This document shows, piece by piece, positions 26,601 through 40,656 of a stretch of DNA of 64,000 nucleotides. Each line of letters begins with the position of its first letter. Position 1 is the first letter of the stretch. Position numbers and translations under genes: made by a program. The notes below the pieces were generated by a model that was not told where the DNA came from, did no database searches, and worked only from the letters and a program-made list of their open reading frames with translations. Source of the stretch: Auanema rhodensis (lineage: Eukaryota; Animalia; Nematoda); the NCBI GenBank assembly GCA_964057225.1, contig OZ059897.1, positions 5,022,001 to 5,086,000 of the forward strand, written 5' to 3'.

Positions 26601-27329
26601 AATTAAAGTTAACGTAAATTTCAAAGTCATGGTTACCATGCACCAATATCAATAAAAATTTGTTTTTAGACTAATATGGACATGGGGAATCTAATTTTGA
26701 AAACCGCATCTCTTTATCTTTCACGTGAAGCGAGTTACATACCAAGTGCACATCACGTGTACATTTAATTAGCATAAATTAAAGTTCACGTAAATTTCAA
26801 AGTCATGGTGACCATGCACTAATATCAATAAAAATTTGTTTTTAGACTAATATGGACATGGGGAATCTAATTTTAAAAACCGCATCTCTTTATCTTTCAC
26901 GTGAAGCAAGTTACATACCAAGTGCACAGCACGTGTACATTTAATTAGCATAAATTAAAGTTCACGTAAATTTCAAAGTCATGGTTACCATGCACCAATA
27001 TCAATAAAAATTTGTTTTCAGACTAATATGGAGATGGGGAATCTAATATTGAAAACCGCATCTCTTTATCTTTCACGTGAAGCAAGTTACATCCCAAGTG
27101 CACATCACGTGTACATTTAATTAGCATAAATTAAAGTTCACGTAAATTTCAAAGTCATGGTTACCATGCACCAATATCAATAAAAATTTGTTTTTAGACT
27201 AATATGGATATGGGGAATCTAATTTTGAAAACCGCATCTCTTTATCTTTCACGTGAAGCGAGTTACATACCAAGTGCACATCACGTGTGCATTTAATTAG
27301 CATAAATTAAAGTTCACGTAAATTTCAAA
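20602..27329 (+). repeat. 19-monomer (3344 bp) tandem duplication containing a nested 7-monomer (1232 bp) duplication
   Basis: A35 (GTTAAC) occurs at 20803, 22035, 23267, 24147, 25379 and 26611, giving spacings 1232, 1232, 880, 1232, 1232. A131 (CCGAAT) occurs at 21603, 22835, 24947 and 26179. Confidence 0.92.
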
Positions 27330-30300
27330 ATCATGGTTACCATGCACCAATATCAATAAAAATTTGTTTTTAGACTAATATGCACATGGGGAATCTAATT
27401 TTAAAAACCGCATCTCTTTATCTTTCACGTGAAGTGAGTTACATACCAAGTGCACAGCACGTGTACATTTAATTAGCATAAATTAAAGTTCACGTAAATT
27501 TCAAAGTCATGGTTACCATGCACTAATATCAATAAAAATTTGTTTTTAGACTAATATGGACATGGGGAATCTAATTTTGAAAACCGAATCTCTTTATCTT
27601 TCACGTGAAGCAAGTTACATACCAAGTGCACATCACGTGCACATTTAATTAGCATAAATTAAAGTTCACGTAAATTTCAAAGTCATGGTTACCATGCACC
27701 AATATCAATAAAAATTTGTTTTTAGACTAATATGGACATGGGGAATCTAATTTTGAAAACCGCATCTCTTTATCTTTCACGTGAAGCGAGTTACATACCA
27801 AGTGCACATCACGTGTACATTTAATTAGCATAAATTGAAGTTCACGTAAATTTCAAAGTCATGGTTACCATGCACCAATATCAATAAAAATTTGTTTTTA
27901 GACTAATATGGACATGGGGAATCTAATTTTGAAAACCGCATCTCTTTATCTTTCACGTGAAGCGAGTTACATACCAAGTGCACATCACGTGTACATTTAA
28001 TTAACATAAATTAAAGTTCACGTAAATTTCAAACTCATGGTTACCATGCACCAATATCAATAAAAATTTGTTTTTAGACTAATATGGACATGGGGAATCT
28101 AATATTGAAAACCGCATCTCTTTATCTTTCACGTGAAGCAAGTTACATACCAAGTGCACATCACGTGTACATTTAATTAGCATAAATTAAAGTTCACGTA
28201 AATTTCAAAGTCATGGTTACCATGCATTAATATCAATAAAAATTTGTTTTTAGACTAATATGGACATGGGGAATCTAATTTTGAAAACCGCATCTCTTTA
28301 TCTTTCACGTGAAGCAAGTTACGAACCAAGTGCACATCACGTGTACATTTAATTAGCATAAATTAAGGTTCACGTAAATTTCAAAGTCATGGTTACCATG
28401 CACCAATATCAATAAAAATTTGTTTTTAGACTAATATGGACATGGGGAATCTAATTTTGAAAACCGCATCTCTTTATCTTTCACGTGAAGCGAGTTACAT
28501 ACCAAGTGCACATCACGTGTACATTTAATTAGCATAAATTAAAGTTCACGTAAATTTCAAAGTCATGGTTACCATGCACCAATATCAATAAAAATTTGTT
28601 TTTAGACTAATATGCACATGGGGAATCTAATTTTAAAAACCGCATCTCTTTATCTTTCACGTGAAGTGAGTTACATACCAAGTGCATAGCACGTGTACAT
28701 TTAATTAGCATAAATTAAAGTTCACGTAAATTTCAAAGTCATGGTTACCATGCACTAATATCAATAAAAATTTGTTTTTAGACTAATATGGACATGGGGA
28801 ATCTAATTTTGGAAACCGCATCTCTTTATCTTTCACGTGAAGTGAGTTACATACCAAGTGCACATCACGTGTACATTTAATTAGCATAAATTAAAGTTCA
28901 CGTAAATTTCAAAGTCATGGTTACCATGCACCAATATCAATAAAAATTTGTTTTTAGACTAATATGGACATGGGGAATCTAATATTAAAAACCGCATCTC
29001 TTTATCTTTCACGTGAAGCAAGTTACATCCCAAGTGCACATCACGTGTACATTTAATTAGCATAAATTAAAGTTCACGTAAATTTCAAAGTCATGGTTAC
29101 CATGCACCAATATCAATAAAAATTTGTTTTTAGACTAATATGGACATGGGGAATCTAATTTTGGAAACCGCATCTCTTTATCTTTCACGTGAAGTGAGTT
29201 ACATACCAAGTGCACATCACGTGTACATTTAATTAGCATAAATTAAAGTTCACGTAAATTTCAAAGTCATGGTTACCATGCACCAATATCTATAAAAATT
29301 TGTTTTTAGACTAATATGGACATGGGGAATCTAATTTTAAAAACCGCATCTCTTTATCTTTCACGTGAAGCAAGTTACATACCAAGTGCATAGCACGTGT
29401 ACATTTAATTAGCATAAATTAAAGTTCACGTAAATTTCAAAGTCATGGTTACCATGCACCAATATCAATAAAAATTTGTTTTTAGACTAATATGGACATG
29501 GGGAATCTAATTTTGAAAACCGCATCTCTTTATCTTTCACGTGAAGCAAGTTACATACCAAGTGCATATCACGTGCACATTTAATTAGCATAAATTAAAG
29601 TTCACGTAAATTTCAAAGTCATGGTTACCATGCACTAATATCAATAAAAATTTGTTTTTAGACTAATATGGACATGGGGAATCTAATTTTGAAAACCGAA
29701 TCTCTTTATCTTTCACGTGAAGCAAGTTACATACCAAGTGCACATCACGTGCACATTTAATTAGCATAAATTAAAGTTCACGTAAATTTCAAAGTCATGG
29801 TTACCATGCACCAATATCAATAAAAATTTGTTTTTAGACTAATATGGACATGGGGAATCTAATTTTGAAAACCGCATCTCTTTATCTTTCACGTGAAGCG
29901 AGTTACATACCAAGTGCACATCACGTGTACATTTAATTAGCATAAATTGAAGTTCACGTAAATTTCAAAGTCATGGTTACCATGCACCAATATCAATAAA
30001 AATTTGTTTTTAGACTAATATGGACATGGGGAATCTAATTTTGAAAACCGCATCTCTTTATCTTTCACGTGAAGTGAGTTACATACCAAGTGTACATCAC
30101 GTGCACATTTAATTAGCATAAATTAAAGTTCACGTAAATTTCAAAGTCATGGTTACCATGCACCAATATCAATAAAAATTTGTTTTTAGACTAATATGGA
30201 CATGGGGAATCTAATATTGAAAACCGCATCTCTTTATCTTTCACGTGAAGCAAGTTACATACCAAGTGCACATCACGTGTACATTTAATTAGCATAAATT

Positions 30301-30340
30301 AAAGTTCACGTAAATTTCAAAGTCATGGTTACCATGCATT

Positions 30341-33300
30341 AATATCAATAAAAATTTGTTTTTAGACTAATATGGACATGGGGAATCTAATTTTGAAAAC
30401 CGCATCTCTTTATCTTTCACGTGAAGCAAGTTACGAACCAAGTGCACATCACGTGTACATTTAATTAGCATAAATTAAGGTTCACGTAAATTTCAAAGTC
30501 ATGGTTACCATGCACCAATATCAATAAAAATTTGTTTTTAGACTAATATGGACATGGGGAATCTAATTTTGAAAACCGCATCTCTTTATCTTTCACGTGA
30601 AGCGAGTTACATACCAAGTGCACATCACGTGTACATTTAATTAGCATAAATTAAAGTTCACGTAAATTTCAAAGTCATGGTTACCATGCACCAATATCAA
30701 TAAAAATTTGTTTTTAGACTAATATGCACATGGGGAATCTAATTTTAAAAACCGCATCTCTTTATCTTTCACGTGAAGTGAGTTACATACCAAGTGCATA
30801 GCACGTGTACATTTAATTAGCATAAATTAAAGTTCACGTAAATTTCAAAGTCATGGTTACCATGCACTAATATCAATAAAAATTTGTTTTTAGACTAATA
30901 TGGACATGGGGAATCTAATTTTGGAAACCGCATCTCTTTATCTTTCACGTGAAGTGAGTTACATACCAAGTGCACATCACGTGTACATTTAATTAGCATA
31001 AATTAAAGTTCACGTAAATTTCAAAGTCATGGTTACCATGCACCAATATCAATAAAAATTTGTTTTTAGACTAATATGGACATGGGGAATCTAATATTAA
31101 AAACCGCATCTCTTTATCTTTCACGTGAAGCAAGTTACATCCCAAGTGCACATCACGTGTACATTTAATTAGCATAAATTAAAGTTCACGTAAATTTCAA
31201 AGTCATGGTTACCATGCACCAATATCAATAAAAATTTGTTTTTAGACTAATATGGACATGGGGAATCTAATTTTGGAAACCGCATCTCTTTATCTTTCAC
31301 GTGAAGTGAGTTACATACCAAGTGCACATCACGTGTACATTTAATTAGCATAAATTAAAGTTCACGTAAATTTCAAAGTCATGGTTACCATGCACCAATA
31401 TCAATAAAAATTTGTTTTTAGACTAATATGGACATGGGGAATCTAATTTTAAAAACCGCATCTCTTTATCTTTCACGTGAAGCAAGTTACATACCAAGTG
31501 CATAGCACGTGTACATTTAATTAGCATAAATTAAAGTTCACGTAAATTTCAAAGTCATGGTTACCATGCACCAATATCAATAAAAATTTGTTTTTAGACT
31601 AATATGGACATGGGGAATCTAATTTTGAAAACCGCATCTCTTTATCTTTCACGTGAAGCAAGTTACATACCAAGTGCATATCACGTGCACAATTAATTAG
31701 CATAAATTAAAGTTCACGTAAATTTCAAACTCATGGTTACCATGCACCAATATCAATAAAAATTTGTTTTTAGACTAATATGGACATGGGGAATCTAATT
31801 TTGGAAACCGCATCTCTTTATCTTTCACGTGAAGCGAGTTACATACCAAGTGCACATCACGTGTACATTTAATTAACATAAATTAAAGTTCACGTAAATT
31901 TCAAACTCATGGTTACCATGCACCAATATCAATAAAAATTTGTTTCTAGACTAATATGGACATGGGGAATCTAATTTTGAAAACCGCATCTCTTTATCTT
32001 TCACGTGAAGTGGGTTACATACCAAGTGCACATCACGTGTACATTTAATTAGCATAAATTAAAGTTCACGTAAATTTCAAAGTCATGGTTACCATGCACC
32101 AATATCAATAAAAATTTGTTTTTAGACTAATATGGACATGGGGAATCTAATTTTGAAAACCGCATCTCTTTATCTTTCACGTGAAGCAAGTTACGAACCA
32201 AGTGCACATCACGTGTACATTTAATTAGCATAAATTAAGGTTCACGTAAATTTCAAAGTCATGGTTACCATGCACCAATATCAATAAAAATTTGTTTTTA
32301 GACTAATATGGACATGGGGAATCTAATTTTGAAAACCGCATCTCTTTATCTTTCACGTGAAGCGAGTTACATACCAAGTGCACATCACGTGTACATTTAA
32401 TTAGCATAAATTAAAGTTCACGTAAATTTCAAAGTCATGGTTACCATGCACCAATATCAATAAAAATTTGTTTTTAGACTAATATGCACATGGGGAATCT
32501 AATTTTAAAAACCGCATCTCTTTATCTTTCACGTGAAGTGAGTTACATACCAAGTGCATAGCACGTGTACATTTAATTAGCATAAATTAAAGTTCACGTA
32601 AATTTCAAAGTCATGGTTACCATGCACTAATATCAATAAAAATTTGTTTTTAGACTAATATGGACATGGGGAATCTAATTTTGGAAACCGCATCTCTTTA
32701 TCTTTCACGTGAAGTGAGTTACATACCAAGTGCACATCACGTGTACATTTAATTAGCATAAATTAAAGTTCACGTAAATTTCAAAGTCATGGTTACCATG
32801 CACCAATATCAATAAAAATTTGTTTTTAGACTAATATGGACATGGGGAATCTAATATTAAAAACCGCATCTCTTTATCTTTCACGTGAAGCAAGTTACAT
32901 CCCAAGTGCACATCACGTGTACATTTAATTAGCATAAATTAAAGTTCACGTAAATTTCAAAGTCATGGTTACCATGCACCAATATCAATAAAAATTTGTT
33001 TTTAGACTAATATGGACATGGGGAATCTAATTTTGGAAACCGCATCTCTTTATCTTTCACGTGAAGTGAGTTACATACCAAGTGCACATCACGTGTACAT
33101 TTAATTAGCATAAATTAAAGTTCACGTAAATTTCAAAGTCATGGTTACCATGCACCAATATCAATAAAAATTTGTTTTTAGACTAATATGGACATGGGGA
33201 ATCTAATTTTAAAAACCGCATCTCTTTATCTTTCACGTGAAGCAAGTTACATACCAAGTGCATAGCACGTGTACATTTAATTAGCATAAATTAAAGTTCA

Positions 33301-33914
33301 CGTAAATTTCAAAGTCATGGTTACCATGCACCAATATCAATAAAAATTTGTTTTTAGACTAATATGGACATGGGGAATCTAATTTTGAAAACCGCATCTC
33401 TTTATCTTTCACGTGAAGCAAGTTACATACCAAGTGCATATCACGTGCACAATTAATTAGCATAAATTAAAGTTCACGTAAATTTCAAACTCATGGTTAC
33501 CATGCACCAATATCAATAAAAATTTGTTTTTAGACTAATATGGACATGGGGAATCTAATTTTGGAAACCGCATCTCTTTATCTTTCACGTGAAGCGAGTT
33601 ACATACCAAGTGCACATCACGTGTACATTTAATTAACATAAATTAAAGTTCACGTAAATTTCAAACTCATGGTTACCATGCACCAATATCAATAAAAATT
33701 TGTTTCTAGACTAATATGGACATGGGGAATCTAATTTTGAAAACCGCATCTCTTTATCTTTCACGTGAAGTGGGTTACATACCAAGTGCACATCACGTGT
33801 ACATTTAATTAGCATAAATTAAAGTTCACGTAAATTTCAAAGTCATGGTTACCATGCACCAATATCAATAAAAATTTGTTTTTAGACTAATATGGACATG
33901 GGGAATCTAATTTT
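30341..33914 (+). repeat. 10-monomer (1760 bp) tandem duplication
   Basis: TTACGAACC occurs at 30435/32195 and a private TCTAGA-creating variant at 31946/33706, both 1760 bp apart. All ten monomer patterns match by eye. Confidence 0.92.
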
Positions 33915-36900
33915 AAAAACCGCATCTCTTTATCTTTCACGTGAAGCAAGTTACATACCAAGTGCACAGCACGTGTACATTTAATTAGCATAAATTAAAG
34001 TTCACGTAAATTTCAAAGTCATGGTTACCATGCACCAATATCAATAAAAATTTGTTTTTAGACTAATATGGACATGGGGAATCTAATTTTGAAAACCGCA
34101 TCTCTTTATCTTTCACGTGAAGTGGGTTACATACCAAGTGCACATCACGTGTACATTTAATTAGCATAAATTAAAGTTCACGTAAATTTCAAAGTCATGG
34201 TGACCATGCACTAATATCAATAAAAATTTGTTTTTAGACTAATATGGACATGGGGAATCTAATTTTAAAAACCGCATCTCTTTATCTTTCAAGTGAAGCA
34301 AGTTACATACCAAGTGCACAGCACGTGTACATTTAATTAGCATAAATTAAAGTTCACGTAAATTTCAAAGTCATGGTTACCATGCACCAATATCAATAAA
34401 AATTTGTTTTTAGACTAATATGGACATGGGGAATCTAATATTGAAAACCGCATCTCTTTATCTTTCACGTGAAGCAAGTTACATCCCAAGTGCACATCAC
34501 GTGTACATTTAATTAGCATAAATTAAAGTTCACGTAAATTTCAAAGTCATGGTTACCATGCACCAATATCAATAAAAATTTGTTTTTAGACTAATATGGA
34601 TATGGGGAATCTAATTTTGAAAACCGCATCTCTTTATCTTTCACGTGAAGCGAGTTACACACCAAGTGCACATCACGTGTGCATTTAATTAGCATAAATT
34701 AAAGTTCACGTAAATTTCAAAATCATGGTTACCATGCACCAATATCAATAAAAATTTGTTTTTAGACTAATATGCACATGGGGAATCTAATTTTAAAAAC
34801 CGCATCTCTTTATCTTTCACGTGAAGTGAGTTACATACCAAGTGCACAGCACGTGTACATTTAATTAGCATAAATTAAAGTTCACGTAAATTTCAAAGTC
34901 ATGGTTACCATGCACTAATATCAATAAAAATTTGTTTTTAGACTAATATGGACATGGGGAATCTAATTTTGAAAACCGAATCTCTTTATCTTTCACGTGA
35001 AGCAAGTTACATACCAAGTGCACATCACGTGCACATTTAATTAGCATAAATTAAAGTTCACGTAAATTTCAAAGTCATGGTTACCATGCACCAATATCAA
35101 TAAAAATTTGTTTTTAGACTAATATGGACATGGGGAATCTAATTTTAAAAACCGCATCTCTTTATCTTTCACGTGAAGCAAGTTACATACCAAGTGCACA
35201 GCACGTGTACATTTAATTAGCATAAATTAAAGTTCACGTAAATTTCAAAGTCATGGTTACCATGCACCAATATCAATAAAAATTTGTTTTTAGACTAATA
35301 TGGACATGGGGAATCTAATTTTGAAAACCGAATCTCTTTATCTTTCACGTGAAGCAAGTTACATACCAAGTGCACATCACGTGCACATTTAATTAGCATA
35401 AATTAAAGTTCACGTAAATTTCAAAGTCATGGTTACCATGCACCAATATCAATAAAAATTTGTTTTTAGACTAATATGGACATGGGGAATCTAATTTTAA
35501 AAACCGCATCTCTTTATCTTTCACGTGAAGCGAGTTACATACCAAGTGCACATCACGTGTACATTTAATTAGCATAAATTAAAGTTCACGTAAATTTCAA
35601 AGTCATGGTTACCATGCATTAATATCAATAAAAATTTGTTTTTAGACTAATATGGACATGGGGAATCTAATTTTGAAAACCGCATCTCTTTATCTTTCAC
35701 GTGAAGCAAGTTACGAACCAAGTGCACATCACGTGTACATTTAATTAGCATAAATTAAGGTTCACGTAAATTTCAAAGTCATGGTTACCATGCACCAATA
35801 TCAATAAAAATTTGTTTTTAGACTAATATGGACATGGGGAATCTAATTTTGAAAACCGCATCTCTTTATCTTTCACGTGAAGCGAGTTACATACCAAGTG
35901 CACATCACGTGTACATTTAATTAGCATAAATTAAAGTTCACGTAAATTTCAAAGTCATGGTTACCATGCACCAATATCAATAAAAATTTGTTTTTAGACT
36001 AATATGCACATGGAGAATCTAATTTTAAAAACCGCATCTCTTTATCTTTCACGTGAAGTGAGTTACATACCAAGTGCATAGCACGTGTACATTTAATTAG
36101 CATAAATTAAAGTTCACGTAAATTTCAAAGTCATGGTTACCATGCACTAATATCAATAAAAATTTGTTTTTAGACTAATATGGACATGGGGAATCTAATT
36201 TTGGAAACCGCATCTCTTTATCTTTCACGTGAAGTGAGTTACATACCAAGTGCACATCACGTGTACATTTAATTAGCATAAATTAAAGTTCACGTAAATT
36301 TCAAAGTCATGGTTACCATGCACCAATATCAATAAAAATTTGTTTTTAGACTAATATGGACATGGGGAATCTAATATTAAAAACCGCATCTCTTTATCTT
36401 TCACGTGAAGCAAGTTACATCCCAAGTGCACATCACGTGTACATTTAATTAGCATAAATTAAAGTTCACGTAAATTTCAAAGTCATGGTTACCATGCACC
36501 AATATCAATAAAAATTTGTTTTTAGACTAATATGGACAAGGGGAATCTAATTTTGGAAACCGCATCTCTTTATCTTTCACGTGAAGTGAGTTACATACCA
36601 AGTGCACATCACGTGTACATTTAATTAGCATAAATTAAAGTTCACGTAAATTTCAAAGTCATGGTTACCATGCACCAATATCAATAAAAATTTGTTTTTA
36701 GACTAATATGGACATGGGGAATCTAATATTGAAAACCGCATCTCTTTATCTTTCACGTGAAGCAAGTTACATACCAAGTGCACATCACGTGTACATTTAA
36801 TTAGCATAAATTAAAGTTCACGTAAATTTCAAAGTCATGGTTACCATGCATTAATATCAATAAAAATTTGTTTTTAGACTAATATGGACATGGGGAATCT

Positions 36901-38720
36901 AATTTTGAAAACCGCATCTCTTTATCTTTCACGTGAAGCAAGTTACGAACCAAGTGCACATCACGTGTACATTTAATTAGCATAAATTAAGGTTCACGTA
37001 AATTTCAAAGTCATGGTTACCATGCACCAATATCAATAAAAATTTGTTTTTAGACTAATATGGACATGGGGAATCTAATTTTGAAAACCGCATCTCTTTA
37101 TCTTTCACGTGAAGCGAGTTACATACCAAGTGCACATCACGTGTACATTTAATTAGCATAAATTAAAGTTCACGTAAATTTCAAAGTCATGGTTACCATG
37201 CACCAATATCAATAAAAATTTGTTTTTAGACTAATATGCACATGGGGAATCTAATTTTAAAAACCGCATCTCTTTATCTTTCACGTGAAGTGAGTTACAT
37301 ACCAAGTGCATAGCACGTGTACATTTAATTAGCATAAATTAAAGTTCACGTAAATTTCAAAGTCATGGTTACCATGCACTAATATCAATAAAAATTTGTT
37401 TTTAGACTAATATGGACATGGGGAATCTAATTTTGGAAACCGCATCTCTTTATCTTTCACGTGAAGTGAGTTACATACCAAGTGCACATCACGTGTACAT
37501 TTAATTAGCATAAATTGAAGTTCACGTAAATTTCAAAGTCATGGTTACCATGCACCAATATCAATAAAAATTTGTTTTTAGACTAATATGGACATGGGGA
37601 ATCTAATTTTGAAAACCGCGTCTCTTTATCTTTCACGTGAAGCGAGTTACATACCAAGTGCACATCACGTGTACATTTAATTAGCATAAATTAAAGTTCA
37701 CGTAAATTTCAAAGTCATGGTTACCATGCACCAATATCAATAAAAATTTGTTTTTAGACTAATATGGACATGGGGAATCTAATTTTGAGAACCGCATCTC
37801 TTTATCTTTCACGTGAAGTGAGTTACATACCAAGTGCACATCACGTGTACATTTAATTAGCATAAATTAAAGTTCACGTAAATTTCAAAGTCATGGTTAC
37901 CATGCACCAATATCAATAAAAATTTGTTTTTAGACTAATATGGACATGGGGAATCTAATTTTGAAAACCGCATCTCTTTATCTTTCACGTGAAGCAAGTT
38001 ACATACCAAGTGCATATCACGTGCACAATTAATTAGCATAAATTAAAGTTCACGTAAATTTCAAACTCATGGTTACCATGCACCAATATCAATAAAAATT
38101 TGTTTTTAGACTAATATGGATATGGGGAATCTAATTTTGGAAACCGCATCTCTTTATCTTTCACGTGAAGCGAGTTACATACCAAGTGCACATCACGTGT
38201 GCATTTAATTAGCATAAATTAAAGTTCACGTAAATTTCAAAATCATGGTTACCATGCACCAATATCAATAAAAATTTGTTTTTAGACTAATATGCACATG
38301 GGGAATCTAATTTTAAAAACCGCATCTCTTTATCTTTCACGTGAAGTGAGTTACATACCAAGTGCACAGCACGTGTACATTTAATTAGCATAAATTAAAG
38401 TTCACGTAAATTTCAAAGTCATGGTTACCATGCACCAATATCAATAAAAATTTGTTTTTAGACTAATATGGACATGGGGAATCTAATTTTAAAAACCGCA
38501 TCTCTTTATCTTTCACGTGAAGCAAGTTACATACCAAGTGCACAGCACGTGTACATTTAATTAGCATAAATTAAAGTTCACGTAAATTTCAAAGTCATGG
38601 TTACCATGCACCAATATCAATAAAAATTTGTTTTTAGACTAATATGGACATGGGGAATCTAATTTTGAAAACCGCATCTCTTTATCTTTCACGTGAAGTG
38701 GGTTACATACCAAGTGCACA

Positions 38721-40656
38721 TCACGTGTACATTTAATTAGCATAAATTAAAGTTCACGTAAATTTCAAAGTCATGGTGACCATGCACTAATATCAATAAA
38801 AATTTGTTTTTAGACTAATATGGACATGGGGAATCTAATTTTAAAAACCGCATCTCTTTATCTTTCAAGTGAAGCAAGTTACATACCAAGTGCACAGCAC
38901 GTGTACATTTAATTAGCATAAATTAAAGTTCACGTAAATTTCAAAGTCATGGTTACCATGCACCAATATCAATAAAAATTTGTTTTTAGACTAATATGGA
39001 CATGGGGAATCTAATATTGAAAACCGCATCTCTTTATCTTTCACGTGAAGCAAATTACATCCCAAGTGCACATCACGTGTACATTTAATTAGCATAAATT
39101 AAAGTTCACGTAAATTTCAAAGTCATGGTTACCATGCACCAATATCAATAAAAATTTGTTTTTAGACTAATATGGATATGGGGAATCTAATTTTGAAAAC
39201 CGCATCTCTTTATCTTTCACGTGAAGCGAGTTACATACCAAGTGCACATCACGTGTGCATTTAATTAGCATAAATTAAAGTTCACGTAAATTTCAAAATC
39301 ATGGTTACCATGCACCAATATCAATAAAAATTTGTTTTTAGACTAATATGCACATGGGGAATCTAATTTTAAAAACCGCATCTCTTTATCTTTCACGTGA
39401 AGTGAGTTACATACCAAGTGCACAGCACGTGTACATTTAATTAGCATAAATTAAAGTTCACGTAAATTTCAAAGTCATGGTTACCATGCACTAATATCAA
39501 TAAAAATTTGTTTTTAGACTAATATGGACATGGGGAATCTAATTTTGAAAACCGCATCTCTTTATCTTTCACGTGAAGCAAGTTACATACCAAGTGCACA
39601 TCACGTGCACATTTAATTAGCATAAATTAAAGTTCACGTAAATTTCAAAGTCATGGTTACCATGCACCAATATCAATAAAAATTTGTTTTTAGACTAATA
39701 TGGACATGGGGAATCTAATTTTGAAAACCGCATCTCTTTATCTTTCACGTGAAGCGAGTTACATACCAAGTGCACATCACGTGTACATTTAATTAGCATA
39801 AATTGAAGTTCACGTAAATTTCAAAGTCATGGTTACCATGCACCAATATCAATAAAAATTTGTTTTTAGACTAATATGGACATGGGGAATCTAATTTTGA
39901 AAACCGCGTCTCTTTATCTTTCACGTGAAGCGAGTTACATACCAAGTGCACATCACGTGTACATTTAATTAGCATAAATTAAAGTTCACGTAAATTTCAA
40001 AGTCATGGTTACCATGCACCAATATCAATAAAAATTTGTTTTTAGACTAATATGGACATGGGGAATCTAATTTTAAAAACCGCATCTCTTCATCTTTCAC
40101 GTGAAGCAAGTTACATACCAAGTGCACAGCACGTGTACATTTAATTAGCATAAATTAAAGTTCACGTAAATTTCAAAGTCATGGTTACCATGCACCAATA
40201 TCAATAAAAATTTGTTTTTAGACTAATATGGACATGGGGAATCTAATTTTGAAAACCGCATCTCTTTATCTTTCACGTGAAGCGAGTTACATACCAAGTG
40301 CACATCACGTGTACATTTAATTAGCATAAATTAAAGTTCACGTAAATTTCAAAGTCATGGTTACCATGCACCAATATCAATAAAAATTTGTTTTTAGACT
40401 AATATGGACATGGGGAATCTAATTTTGAAAACCGCATCTCTTTATCTTTCACGTGAAGTGAGTTACATACCAAGTGTACATCACGTGCACATTTAATTAG
40501 CATAAATTAAAGTTAACGTAAATATCAAAGTCATGGTTACCATGCACCAATATCAATAAAAATTTGTTTTTAGACTAATATGGACATGGGGAATCTAATT
40601 TTGAAAACCGCATCTCTTTATCTTTCACGTGAAGCGAGTTACATACCAAGTGCACA
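38721..40656 (+). repeat. One complete turn of the inferred ancestral 11-monomer higher-order unit
   Basis: Eleven distinguishable monomer types run from a G58 monomer (38721) to the next G58 monomer (40657). The same order recurs at 62305-64000 and in part at 1-1232, 19185-21120 and 49457-51040. Confidence 0.7.
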
